Assembly: GCA_965213675.1 (NCBI GenBank)
Contig: OZ243916.1
Span: 3,360,001-3,424,000, forward strand
Direction: 5' to 3'
Origin: an uncultured Candidatus Binatia bacterium
GTDB lineage: Bacteria; Desulfobacterota; Binatia; UBA9968; JAJDTQ01
DNA length: 64,000 nucleotides
Part shown: positions 50,408 to 60,261 of the stretch, piece after piece
Layout: each line of letters opens with the position of its first letter
Numbering within the stretch: position 1 is the stretch's first letter
Notes under the pieces: generated by a model
Database searches by the model: none
Told to the model about the DNA's origin: nothing
The model's input: the letters and a program-made list of their open reading frames with translations, nothing else
Program-made: the position numbers and the translations under genes

Positions 50408-52956
50408 TGGGTGAATCGAGGGAGTCTGGACGCGCTGTCGAGCGGCGCAGGTTGTACTCAACAGCGCTCCAGCGATTCTCGTCATGGGCGCAAGCCTCCG
50501 AGGGCCGCATGGGCCGCGGGCTCGTTCTGCTGGTGCTCGTCGCCTATTTCCCTGCATTCTCCGGCGGTTTTGTCTGGGACGACGTGATTCTCGTCGCAGA
50601 ACCCTTGATCCGTCGCATTGACGGGATCGCGTCTATCTGGTTCGCGCCGTCGGAACTCAAACACGAGTTTCATTACTGGCCCGTCACCTACACGAGCTTC
50701 TGGATCGAGCACAAGCTCTGGGGTCTTCACCCCGCGGGCTACCACGCGGTCAACATCGTTTTGCACGCGCTGAATACCGTGTTGCTCTGGCGCGTACTTG
50801 TCCGCCTCGCGGTACCCGGTGCGTGGCTCGTGGCCGCGGTTTTCGCGGTTCATCCGGTGCATGTGGAGTCGGTGGCCTGGATCATCGAGCGGAAGGACCT
50901 TCTCTCCGCCCTTTTCTATCTTGGCGCGGTGCATGTGTGGGTACGGTTCACCGAGACGCCCGGGCTCAGTCGCTACCTGTTCTGCCTTGCGCTCTTCGCC
51001 TTGGCATTGCTTTCCAAGTCCATCGCGGTGACCCTGCCGACTACCCTCCTGATCATTCAGTGGTGGCGCCATGGACGTGTGACTTGGCGCGATGCGGCAG
51101 GAGTCGCGCCGTTCTTGGCGCTTGCGGTTGGCATTACGCTTGCCGACCTCGCCTTGTACCAGGACAGGGCCTACCTCCCCTTTGATTACTCGTTGGTCGA
51201 GCGAGCGCTCATCGCGGCGCGGGCGCTTTGGATGTACGTGTACCAGATCGCGTGGCCGGTGCATCTGCCCGTCTTGTACCCTCGTTGGGAAGTCCACACG
51301 GGCGATATCCTGGGCTGGCTGGCGCTCGCGGCCTTGGTTTCTCTTGGCGTGATGCTGTGGTGCGCCCGCGGCCGTATCGGGCGTGGCCCCTTCGCGGCGG
51401 CGTTATTCTTCGCGGTGACCCTTTCGCCGGTCCTCGGCTTTGTGGACTTCAGCTTCATGCGCATCGCCTTCGTGGCGGATCGGTTCCAGTACCTGGCGAG
51501 CATCGGCCCGCTGGCGCTCCTGGGCGTTGTGTTTCACGGGGCGGTTCGAGGGCGGCTGTTGGCTTGGCCCGGACCACCGGGCGCGGTGTTCCTGGCCGGC
51601 GCCATTCTCTTGGTCTTGGGTGTCCTGACTTGGCGGCAAGCGGGCATCTACCGCGACGACCTTGTGTTCGCGCGTCACATCGCCGCGTCTAGTCCGCGTC
51701 ACTATTTCGGACAGATCATGTTGAACGGGGCGCTGAATGGTAGCGGTTACCACGACAAGGCTCTCGAAGCTGCGAGGCGAGGGGTGGACCTTTCCAGGGG
51801 CATCAAGGGGTATTCCCAAGGCGAGGTTGACCTGACCCTCGGTAACGCCCTGTTGGCGCAGGATCACCCCGGCGAGGCGGAGGTCATTCTTCGCCGTTCT
51901 CTGGCGTCCTGGCCACGTGGCCGTGAGGCGGGGCGTCGACTTGAGCTTGCGCAGGCTCTGGTGCGCCAAGCACGCTATGACCAAGCCCTGGAAATCTACC
52001 GAAAGTTGATCGCGGATGACCCCGGTAACGATTTGGCGCATCTTCAGCGCGGAATCGCCAACCTTCAGTCCGGGCGTTACGAGGCCGCGGTCGAATCGTT
52101 CAGCCGGGCGCTGCCGGTGGTCCGTCACGTGAACAATGAGCCTGCTCTGCACGCACTGACGGGTGAGGCCCTTCACAAGCTGGGGCGGCTCGATGCGGCG
52201 GCAGAGCGCCTCGACCAAGCCCTCGCATTACAGCCTGGCAACGTCAGGTTCCTCCTCGCGCGGGCGGACCTGGAAGCCGACAGGATACGGGCTGGGGGTG
52301 TTTCGGTTGGTGTTGGCGACAGTGGGACTCTCGGTGCACAAAACCCTTCGATTCGTGCGGGTGCGGACGCGAAGGGACTTGGCGCTTGGCTCACCCAGGC
52401 CCGGGACCGCTGCGAAGCGTTTATCGAGCACGAGCCGGACCACCCGCTCCCCCGAGTCCTTCTGGGCGCGGTGCTCCTGAGGTTGGCGCTATACGAGGAG
52501 GCGGAGGCAGCTCTCGACAAGGCCTTCTCCCTCGCGCCGAGTCGCCCGATAGCCCGCGAGGCGCATCGGATCATGGGCCAGGTTCGCGAGAAGCAGGGAC
52601 GGACGGCCGACGCGACCCGGCATTACGGGAGTGCGCTGGACATCGACCCCCTCGACGCGGAAGCGCTGGAGCCGCTGGCGGCGATTCGTTTCGCGGATGC
52701 GCGGTTCGAGGACGCTTTGGCGCTGTACCGGCGGCTCGTCAAGGTGAGGCCCTTCGTGGCGCAGGCGCACCTTCGACTTGGAATGACCCTGCATCGCCTG
52801 GACCGATATTCGGATGCGCTGGCGGCCCTGGGCCGCGCTCTGGAGTTGGCTCCGGGCTTGGAGGAAGCCTTGAAAGCGCGGGCAGGGATACGCGGGTCAG
52901 TGGGCGCGCCCCGCGCCGATTCCGATCTCCGGATGGAATCCGGTTTGATGGAATAG
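50407..52956 (+). CDS. TMTC-like membrane glycosyltransferase with TPR repeats (tandem paralog)
   Basis: Same motifs and long near-identical stretches. TGATG overlap. Confidence 0.82.
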   Translation: MGESRESGRAVERRRLYSTALQRFSSWAQASEGRMGRGLVLLVLVAYFPAFSGGFVWDDVILVAEPLIRRIDGIASIWFAPSELKHEFHYWPVTYTSFWIEHKLWGLHPAGYHAVNIVLHALNTVLLWRVLVRLAVPGAWLVAAVFAVHPVHVESVAWIIERKDLLSALFYLGAVHVWVRFTETPGLSRYLFCLALFALALLSKSIAVTLPTTLLIIQWWRHGRVTWRDAAGVAPFLALAVGITLADLALYQDRAYLPFDYSLVERALIAARALWMYVYQIAWPVHLPVLYPRWEVHTGDILGWLALAALVSLGVMLWCARGRIGRGPFAAALFFAVTLSPVLGFVDFSFMRIAFVADRFQYLASIGPLALLGVVFHGAVRGRLLAWPGPPGAVFLAGAILLVLGVLTWRQAGIYRDDLVFARHIAASSPRHYFGQIMLNGALNGSGYHDKALEAARRGVDLSRGIKGYSQGEVDLTLGNALLAQDHPGEAEVILRRSLASWPRGREAGRRLELAQALVRQARYDQALEIYRKLIADDPGNDLAHLQRGIANLQSGRYEAAVESFSRALPVVRHVNNEPALHALTGEALHKLGRLDAAAERLDQALALQPGNVRFLLARADLEADRIRAGGVSVGVGDSGTLGAQNPSIRAGADAKGLGAWLTQARDRCEAFIEHEPDHPLPRVLLGAVLLRLALYEEAEAALDKAFSLAPSRPIAREAHRIMGQVREKQGRTADATRHYGSALDIDPLDAEALEPLAAIRFADARFEDALALYRRLVKVRPFVAQAHLRLGMTLHRLDRYSDALAALGRALELAPGLEEALKARAGIRGSVGAPRADSDLRMESGLME

Positions 52957-53120
52957 TCGTACGGCACGGTGCTTCAGGCCTTGCAGGCCCTCTGTTGTGG
53001 CCAGTTTTTGCATACTTTGGAATCGCAATTCCTGCGCTGCACGTTTGTCAATGCACTTGAATTGGTGGTAAACGGGCACGGGAACGGCAGGGGCGAGAAG
53101 CCCGGAAGGCACGAGAAGCC

Positions 53121-54926
53121 ATGACGCACGCAAGCATATTGGTTGTCCAGAGGGACGGGCCGGATGCTGACGGTTTGGATCGGTGTCTGCGAGGTTTGGG
53201 CTACCATGTGTGCGCGGTGGCGGTTTCCGTGGACGAGGCCCTTGAGCGGGCCGCGGAAACAGCCCCTGACGCGGTATTGATAGACCTCGGTCCCGCCCTC
53301 GCCTCGGGTTCCGGCGCGGAAATGAACGGCACGGCAGCCGGCACAAACGGCGCCGACGCCGGCGCCAATGGCTCCAGCCCGGGAACGAACGGCCTTGGGG
53401 CAGCCCAACGGGTCGGGAGAGAACTCGACATTCCCGTGGTTTGCCTCACGGGCGGGTCTGGCGGCATCCCCCCCCCGCCTCCGTCCACGGGTTATCCGCT
53501 GACCTTCGTCCTGAAACCCGTCGACCCGCGGCAGCTCCGCCTGAGCCTGGACTCGGCTCTGTCTCTGCGTGAGTGGCAAGGCAGGCACAGAGAGACCCGA
53601 AGCCGGTTGGAGCAACGGGTTGAAGAGTTGCAGCAACACGTCCACATGATGGATGTCATCTTCAACAGCATGGAGGAGGGCGTGCTCGCCACGGATCAGG
53701 ACGGGGAGCGCCTGGCATTCAACGAGGGGGCGGTTCGGATCGGCGGCCTGCGTGAGCCCAACAACAACATTCATGAATGGGCGGCCATGCATGGCATTTA
53801 TCTTCTCGACGAGAAGACGCTTCTGCCGGTGGAACAGAATCCCCTTGTGCTCGCCATGCTGGGTCAGGAGACGGACGGGTGCGAGTTGTTCGTGCGCAAC
53901 GACGTGCATCCACAGGGCGTCTATGTCAGCGTCACCGGCCGGCCGCTGAAGGACACCTCCAACCGCCAGAGAGGCGGCGTGGTGGTGTTTCGTGACATTA
54001 CCGAGCGGAAAACGGCGGAGGTGGCGTTGAGGGGCGCCTTTGCACAGGGACGCCTGGAAGGGGTCGATACGGTTCTGCACAACATCGGCAACGCCATCAA
54101 CTCCGTCACCACCGGCGTCGACACCCTCCACCAAGGGCTTGGGAACCATCGGTTGACCCGGCGGCTCCGCGCTCTGGCCGACGCCATCACGGCACACGAA
54201 GACGACTGGCTCGATTATCTCCGAAGCGATCCGCAGGGCCAGAAGGTGCGGCCATTCATCCTCAGCCTGGCCGAAGACATTGCCCGGCACAACCGCAGGT
54301 TGATGAAAACCGTCGAGCGCGTGAGAGACAGGGCCAGGCACATCGCCGACATCGTGCGCACGCAGCGGTCGCCCGGCGGTCCGGCCTCCATACCGAAGAA
54401 CGTCAGTCTTCGGAAGAGTCTTTCGGATGCCGTCAGGGTCGTGCAGGATTCGCACGGCGATGACCGGATCCGGTTCCAGGTGGACTGCGCCAAGGCGCCG
54501 AAGGAAGTCGCGATTCAGGAGAGTCCGTTTCATCAGATGCTGGTCAACATCATCAAGAACGCGGCTCAGGCGATTCAACAGCGCCGGGAGGCGGACGCAC
54601 TCGACGAAGAGCCTTGCGTTCGGATACAGGCCGCCAGCGCCGACGGTTCGCTCAACCTTGAAGTGACCGATAACGGCATCGGCTTCGCGAACCGGGACAC
54701 CCGCGCGTTCTTTTCCGCGGGCTACACCACCAAGGAATCAGGCACCGGGCTGGGTCTCCATTCGGCCGCCAACTTTGTCGCGGGCGCGGGCGGCCGCATT
54801 GAGATTTCGAGCCCGGGCCTCGGCAAGGGCGCCACCGTGCGTATCGGGCTGCGGCTGCCCCCCCCCCCCGCATTACGCGCAATTGGGCCGAGTCGGCCGG
54901 TTCGGCAAGCCATGCGTCCGGAATGA
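53121..54926 (+). CDS. Histidine kinase with degenerate REC and PAS domains
   Basis: LHNIGN H-box, NIIKNA, DNGIG and GTGLGL. Confidence 0.88.
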   Translation: MTHASILVVQRDGPDADGLDRCLRGLGYHVCAVAVSVDEALERAAETAPDAVLIDLGPALASGSGAEMNGTAAGTNGADAGANGSSPGTNGLGAAQRVGRELDIPVVCLTGGSGGIPPPPPSTGYPLTFVLKPVDPRQLRLSLDSALSLREWQGRHRETRSRLEQRVEELQQHVHMMDVIFNSMEEGVLATDQDGERLAFNEGAVRIGGLREPNNNIHEWAAMHGIYLLDEKTLLPVEQNPLVLAMLGQETDGCELFVRNDVHPQGVYVSVTGRPLKDTSNRQRGGVVVFRDITERKTAEVALRGAFAQGRLEGVDTVLHNIGNAINSVTTGVDTLHQGLGNHRLTRRLRALADAITAHEDDWLDYLRSDPQGQKVRPFILSLAEDIARHNRRLMKTVERVRDRARHIADIVRTQRSPGGPASIPKNVSLRKSLSDAVRVVQDSHGDDRIRFQVDCAKAPKEVAIQESPFHQMLVNIIKNAAQAIQQRREADALDEEPCVRIQAASADGSLNLEVTDNGIGFANRDTRAFFSAGYTTKESGTGLGLHSAANFVAGAGGRIEISSPGLGKGATVRIGLRLPPPPALRAIGPSRPVRQAMRPE

Positions 54927-54955
54927 ATGAGGCATGAACGACAGGAGGATTCCGG

Positions 54956-56851
54956 ATGGATTTCGAAGGGTACACCAACCGCCGCGTGTTGATCGTCGAC
55001 GATCAGAAGGAGATTCACGACGACTTCGCGGAGATGCTGAACCCCCGGTCGTTGGCGTCGCCGGGCAACGAATTGGCGTCCGCGTTTCTCGCCGAGGATG
55101 AGCCCTTCCTTCTGCCGGACTTCGAGATGCTGCACGCAAGGAACGGAGAGGACGCCTGCGGGATTGTGAGTGCCGGAAGGCAAGAAGACCGTCCGGTTGC
55201 CGTCGCTTATGTCGATATCCGCATGCCCCCGGGCATTGACGGAATCGAAACCATCGGCCGCATCAGAGAGATCGACCCGGACATCGAGGTGGTCATCATG
55301 ACCGCCTACACCGACCGGCCCCTGCCCGAAATCGTCCAGACCGTTGGGCCGCTTCACAAGGTGCTATACGTCCGCAAGCCCTTCGCGCGCGAGGAAATTC
55401 AGCAGATCACGCTCTCCCTGGTGGGGAAGTGGAATGTGGAGCGGAAACTGGCGGAGAGCCGTCGCCAGCTTTCCATCGGCTACACGCGGCTGGAATCCGT
55501 GCTCAACGCTTCCCGCGAGCCCATGGCCCTGTATGATCGTGACGGGCGCCTCGTGTTTGCCAATCAAGGCTATCAGACACTGGCGGGCCTCACGACAAGC
55601 GAGTTGAAGGAACTTGCGCCGGATGCGGTAACGGCCCTGATGAAAGAGCGGTTCCACGAGCCCGAGCTACCCGAGCTGGAGAGGCAATCCATCTTCGGGG
55701 ATGTGGGCGACCTCCTGGAGCAAAAAGGCGACGACGAGGCCGCGGCGAGCCGGTTGTTCTACCGCGCGACTTCGCAGGTGCGTGACAGCCAGGGCACGGT
55801 GGTGGGCGATCTCTACGTCTACCGGGATGTGTCCGGGGAGATGGAAAGAGAGCGCATGAAGGCCGAGTTGCTGTGGTTGCGCACCGAGTTGGATGCCGCG
55901 GAGTCCGTCGAGGGCATGGTCGGCGCCAGTCGGCCCATGCAGCAGGTCTACGCGCTGATGCGGCAGGCCGCGGGAAGCGACATCACCGTGTTGATTCGCG
56001 GCGAGAGCGGTACGGGCAAGGAGCTGGTGGCCCGGATGCTTCACTCCAGCAGTCCCCGGAACAAGGGACCCTTCGTGGCTCTCAACTGCGCCGCCATCCC
56101 CGAATCTCTGATGGAGAGTGAGCTGTTCGGCCACGAACAGGGGGCGTTCACGGGAGCAACCCAGACGAGAATCGGCGCCTTCGAGCGGGCCAACCGCGGG
56201 ACCATCCTGCTTGACGAAATCGGCGACATGCAGCCCGCCCTCCAGGCCAAGCTCTTGCGGGTGTTGCAGGAACGGGAAATCCAGCGTGTGGGAGGGTCCG
56301 GCACCATCCCCGTCGATGTCCGGGTCATCGTGGCCACCAACAAGAATCTTGAGGTCGCGGTGAAGGACGGGGACTTCCGTGAAGATCTGTTGTATCGCAT
56401 CGCGGCCTTTCCCATCGTGATTCCGCCCCTCAGGGAGCGTCGTGGGGACATCACGATGCTGGCGGATTATTTTCTGAGGATACACGCCCAGCGTAGCGGC
56501 CACGCACTCAAGGGAATCTCCACCGCCGCGTGCCGGTTGTTGCTGCAATACGACTGGCCAGGCAACGTACGCGAACTCAACAACGCCATCGAGCGCGCCG
56601 TCCTGCTGGAGCAGACCGACGTGCTGCAGGCGGAGAGCCTGCCGCAGCAACTTTTTCAGCGCCGTGCGGGTTCTGAGCGGCGGCGCCCCCAGGTGGCGGC
56701 GCTGTCGTTGGTGGAGGTCGAGCGGGAGGCCCTCACCCAGGCGCTCGAAGCCACCGGAAACAACATCACGCAGGCGGCCCGGACACTGGGCATCAACCGG
56801 GTGACGCTGCACCGGAAATTGAAGCGATACGGCCTGACCAACAGGAATTAA
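54956..56851 (+). CDS. Sigma54-dependent activator (REC-PAS-AAA+-Fis HTH)
   Basis: VDD, DIRMP, GESGTGKE, GAFTGA, LDEIG, WPGNVREL and C-terminal HTH. Confidence 0.95.
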   Translation: MDFEGYTNRRVLIVDDQKEIHDDFAEMLNPRSLASPGNELASAFLAEDEPFLLPDFEMLHARNGEDACGIVSAGRQEDRPVAVAYVDIRMPPGIDGIETIGRIREIDPDIEVVIMTAYTDRPLPEIVQTVGPLHKVLYVRKPFAREEIQQITLSLVGKWNVERKLAESRRQLSIGYTRLESVLNASREPMALYDRDGRLVFANQGYQTLAGLTTSELKELAPDAVTALMKERFHEPELPELERQSIFGDVGDLLEQKGDDEAAASRLFYRATSQVRDSQGTVVGDLYVYRDVSGEMERERMKAELLWLRTELDAAESVEGMVGASRPMQQVYALMRQAAGSDITVLIRGESGTGKELVARMLHSSSPRNKGPFVALNCAAIPESLMESELFGHEQGAFTGATQTRIGAFERANRGTILLDEIGDMQPALQAKLLRVLQEREIQRVGGSGTIPVDVRVIVATNKNLEVAVKDGDFREDLLYRIAAFPIVIPPLRERRGDITMLADYFLRIHAQRSGHALKGISTAACRLLLQYDWPGNVRELNNAIERAVLLEQTDVLQAESLPQQLFQRRAGSERRRPQVAALSLVEVEREALTQALEATGNNITQAARTLGINRVTLHRKLKRYGLTNRN

Positions 56852-56873
56852 GAGTCGATTGCAGCCTCATGCA

Positions 56874-56909
56874 TGTTGCATTTGTCGCCCATTGTTGCAA
56901 ATTGCCACA
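56874..56909. promoter_or_regulatory. Candidate enhancer (UAS) for the sigma54 activator
   Basis: Two TGTTGCA starts. The second forms TGT-N11-ACA. Confidence 0.4.
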
Positions 56910-57121
56910 GTTCCGCTGTATAGCGGAAAATCCCCATTAAATTTAGCTAGTTATGCCACTTCCGTCGAGAAGGCCCGTGCATCAGGGTCGGGCAGCGATC
57001 AATGCGGTAACACGGCTGGAATCCGCGGTTGTCAGTTCCCCCTTCTCCCCCCACCACCTAACTCCCGGTAAACCCTTGATGACCGGGCAAATATCTGGTT
57101 CCGTCCCCCTTTGGGCTAAAA

Positions 57122-57136
57122 TGGCACGGTTTGTGC
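57122..57136 (+). promoter_or_regulatory. Sigma54 -24/-12 promoter of the tad operon
   Basis: TGGCACGGTTTGTGC with GG-N10-GC spacing. Confidence 0.7.
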
Positions 57137-57198
57137 GTAGCATACACTCGGCTTCAAGTGGCCTTCGTGGTCGGAACGGTCATTGCCGAGCAGAGGGT

Positions 57199-57864
57199 AT
57201 GACAGAGGGTATGACATTGACGATTCGTAAATTGCTTCCATGGTTGCGCGGGCTTTCCTCCTTTTCGGTGGGGTCCTTGCGTCCTTTCGCCTTCTGCCGC
57301 CGCGCGTCGGTGGCGTTGGAGAGCGTCGCATACATCGCCTTCACGGTGGGGATGTTCGGTACCGCGTTTGAAATTGTGACGACGGTGAACACCGGCGACA
57401 TCCTGGAGCGCGCGGCCTACGCGGTGGCGCGGGACCATGTGTTGCAGGAGTACCAGGCGAGGAACCCGCAGGAGTTGGAAAGCCGCGCTTGGGAGGCCAT
57501 TCGGGCAGAGGTGGGAGACGCGCTGGACAGCAGCGTCGTGGATGTTCGGTTTGAAGTCTACGAGAACCCGACGAAGATGCTGCGTGGCGAGGTGTCCACC
57601 GACAAAAACAGCCAGAAGGGTGGGGGTCAGGGCGACATGGTGGTGGTGAAGCTGAGCTACGAGCCCACCACCGGATTTGCGTGGTTGCGACGGCAATTGC
57701 TGGACAACGGAGGGAGCGGCGAGGTCGCCTTCGCAGCGCTGGCGGTGACGCGCAACGAACTGGCATTGGCTGTCAATCCCGACAAGGCCGAGACCGTCTC
57801 GCAGACCGGCGACCCGGATTCCCAGGCCGATGGCTTACTTGACCCGAGCCAACTCACACCTTGA
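57199..57864 (+). CDS. TadE-like pseudopilin
   Basis: RRASVALE plus hydrophobic helix, AA..AR and GDMVVV. Confidence 0.7.
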   Translation: MTEGMTLTIRKLLPWLRGLSSFSVGSLRPFAFCRRASVALESVAYIAFTVGMFGTAFEIVTTVNTGDILERAAYAVARDHVLQEYQARNPQELESRAWEAIRAEVGDALDSSVVDVRFEVYENPTKMLRGEVSTDKNSQKGGGQGDMVVVKLSYEPTTGFAWLRRQLLDNGGSGEVAFAALAVTRNELALAVNPDKAETVSQTGDPDSQADGLLDPSQLTP

Positions 57865-57873
57865 GGTAGGCCA

Positions 57874-58470
57874 ATGAACGGATTGAAACACAAGTTGTCT
57901 TCAAGTGTCCCCGCGGTTCTGTCCTCGTGGTGGCGTAGCAGGCGGGCGTCCGTAAGCGTCGAGTTCGTCGCCGGATCGGTGCTCTTTCTCGCCATAACAA
58001 CAGGTTCCCTGGACATCTACCGGCTCATCGAGACGAAGACGTTGGGCTCACAGGCTGCGAACACCATGGCTGAGTACATGTCGTTGGCGAGTACGCCGGA
58101 GGCCGAGTGGGTCAACGATTTGGCGAAATACTCTCACGAGAATCAGATAGGGGTGTCATCAAAGGTGGTCGTCGTCATTTCCGCGATCGAACAGGGCGCC
58201 ACGCCGCCTGTGCAATGGGACCACAAGGTCTTTCTGGCTCCCGACGGCGAGACTCTGCCCACCCTTGCCGAGGCTTGCGGCGCGCGCACCCTGATCGGTG
58301 ACGGCGGCGCCCTCCCCACGGAGTTGGCAATGGTTGCCGGCGAGACGGTCATGGTGGTGGAGGTTTGTGTCAATCCCGCCGGGTTGATTTCGAGCGGTCT
58401 CTTCTCCACCCCACTGTATCAATACAGGATCGTGCCGGTGCGTGCCGATCTGCCGACCATACAGTCGTGA
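57874..58470 (+). CDS. TadE/TadF-like pseudopilin
   Basis: RRASVSVEF plus TM, and VVEVC. Confidence 0.7.
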   Translation: MNGLKHKLSSSVPAVLSSWWRSRRASVSVEFVAGSVLFLAITTGSLDIYRLIETKTLGSQAANTMAEYMSLASTPEAEWVNDLAKYSHENQIGVSSKVVVVISAIEQGATPPVQWDHKVFLAPDGETLPTLAEACGARTLIGDGGALPTELAMVAGETVMVVEVCVNPAGLISSGLFSTPLYQYRIVPVRADLPTIQS

Positions 58471-58489
58471 ATGTCGCGGGGTTGACGCA

Positions 58490-59968
58490 ATGAAGAAAAC
58501 GTCAAACATACTGGCCCGTTCGGCCCGGTTTGCTCGGGAAACCGCGGCGGCGGTGGGGCTTGCATCCGTCCTGCTTGGCTCAGCGGTATTTATGACCGTG
58601 GGCGCGATCAGCGATTTGGTCTGGGTTTCCCACCAGAAAAACATGCTGGAGGCCGCCATCGATGCGGGCGGAATCGCGGCGTTCAAGGAGATGTCCACCC
58701 TCTCGCCGGCCGCCACCGATGAAGAGAGCCAACAGCAAAACGATCAACTCAAGGCCACGATCAAGCGTTACGTCCTGGCCAACGTGCCGCAGGCATATCG
58801 CGCGGACTTGAGCAAAAGTCTGACGATTGATCTTCATCGCGGTACGAAGCAAAAGGAAGAATCCGTGACGGTCGAGGTGGCCGCGAAATTGCCTGGCTCC
58901 ATTCTAGGTCAGTCGTGGGGGCTTGATCTAGGCGAACAGGAGGTCAACACCCGTCTCCAGGTCAAGCGTTCTCTCGTCCCCGTGGACATTGTAGTGGCAT
59001 TGTCCGGCAGTACCGAGATGAGGTCGAGTATTTCGCAAGCTAACAAGCATTATGTGCACTTCGAGCAAAACCCGGACTCACGGCTCGTAGCCGCCAAGAA
59101 TGCAGCCAGCACGCTCGTCAGTGCCCTGTTCCTTGCCGGCGGAGAAGAGCACGTGTCGGTAGGTTTTGTGCCATATACGGCGGTCGTCAATGTCGGCAAG
59201 AATCGGTCAGGCTGGGTGGATGACATCGGTAAGGAACCCGACAAGGCCACACCGCCGAATTTCAGCCCATGGGAAGGCTGTGTCTTGCACCGAGCGGACC
59301 ACTTGTCACTCGCCACCCCCGCCCAAGCGAAGTTCCCGTCGTATTTTCATCCCAAGACGCGCACGCACTGGATGGCTGAAGAGGACTGGCTGGGTTTGGA
59401 GGGCCCGCAATTGTACTGCATCAGAACCCCAATTACGCCGCTGTCCAACGACGAATCCTCAATCCAACAAACAATCGCCGACTTGGCGCTGTGGGAAAAC
59501 ACGGGCAACATGACCCATCTTGGCGTCCAATGGGGTAGGAGGGTGCTCGCACCTGATTGGCGGGTGTCGTGGGGGGGTGAGGAGCCCGAAGGGGACCGAA
59601 AGAAGGTTCTTGTGTTGCTGACGGACGGCACGAACAATGTCGGCGCTAAGAGTTATTCGGCCTACGGCCAACCCGGAGCCGGAATCAGCGGGATGGGTAC
59701 GCAACGCGCGAACGAAAGGAGAGTGAAGCTTGACCAAGCCACTCGGGATCATTGCGACCTAGCCAGGAGCGAGGGAATTCATGTTTACGGGGTCTTGGCC
59801 GTACCCAATGACCACTCGAGACGCGAGGCGATATTTGACCTGCTTCGTGATTGCACGGGTTCTGCCGACAGGGTGTTCAGGACCGGTTCTCCAGCCAAAC
59901 TCACCGAGGCGTTCCTGAAGATCGGTAAGGCGGTAGGGGAGATACGGCGGGCGAGACCGTCAGGCTGA
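58490..59968 (+). CDS. TadG-like vWA-domain protein
   Basis: N-terminal TM, A.DA..AA, VPY, WEGCV and LLTDG.N. Confidence 0.78.
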   Translation: MKKTSNILARSARFARETAAAVGLASVLLGSAVFMTVGAISDLVWVSHQKNMLEAAIDAGGIAAFKEMSTLSPAATDEESQQQNDQLKATIKRYVLANVPQAYRADLSKSLTIDLHRGTKQKEESVTVEVAAKLPGSILGQSWGLDLGEQEVNTRLQVKRSLVPVDIVVALSGSTEMRSSISQANKHYVHFEQNPDSRLVAAKNAASTLVSALFLAGGEEHVSVGFVPYTAVVNVGKNRSGWVDDIGKEPDKATPPNFSPWEGCVLHRADHLSLATPAQAKFPSYFHPKTRTHWMAEEDWLGLEGPQLYCIRTPITPLSNDESSIQQTIADLALWENTGNMTHLGVQWGRRVLAPDWRVSWGGEEPEGDRKKVLVLLTDGTNNVGAKSYSAYGQPGAGISGMGTQRANERRVKLDQATRDHCDLARSEGIHVYGVLAVPNDHSRREAIFDLLRDCTGSADRVFRTGSPAKLTEAFLKIGKAVGEIRRARPSG

Positions 59969-60021
59969 TGGCTGAATCTCAATGTAATGAAGTTTAAGTC
60001 TAGCAAAGGGGAGGAAACCTA

Positions 60022-60189
60022 ATGATTATACGCCTAGTTGAGTATCTTCGGAGCCGAAGGGCTATCTCGGCCTTGGAGTATGCTGTGCTTGTCGGCGTCC
60101 TTGTCGTGGGGATTGGCGCCGCCCTCGTCACTTTTGGAACCAATATCAATACTTATATAACGAATCAGACTACCAAGCTCCCAACTTAG
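60022..60189 (+). CDS. flp: Flp type IVb pilin (55 aa, below the ORF-track cutoff)
   Basis: MIIRLVEYLRSRRA-ISALEYAVLVGVLVVGIGAAL. GGGGAGG RBS. Confidence 0.88.
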   Translation: MIIRLVEYLRSRRAISALEYAVLVGVLVVGIGAALVTFGTNINTYITNQTTKLPT

Positions 60190-60261
60190 TATTGTGGGGG
60201 TTAGGGCATATGCAGGTGCTGTGGTGTCACGCTCGTAGCGCCATGGCACCTGCGTAATTTA

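Noticed and set aside
57191-57216. 12-bp tandem duplication cagagggtatga at the tadE start
   Set aside because: It is an in-frame duplication of the RBS and ATG with no evident consequence beyond start ambiguity.
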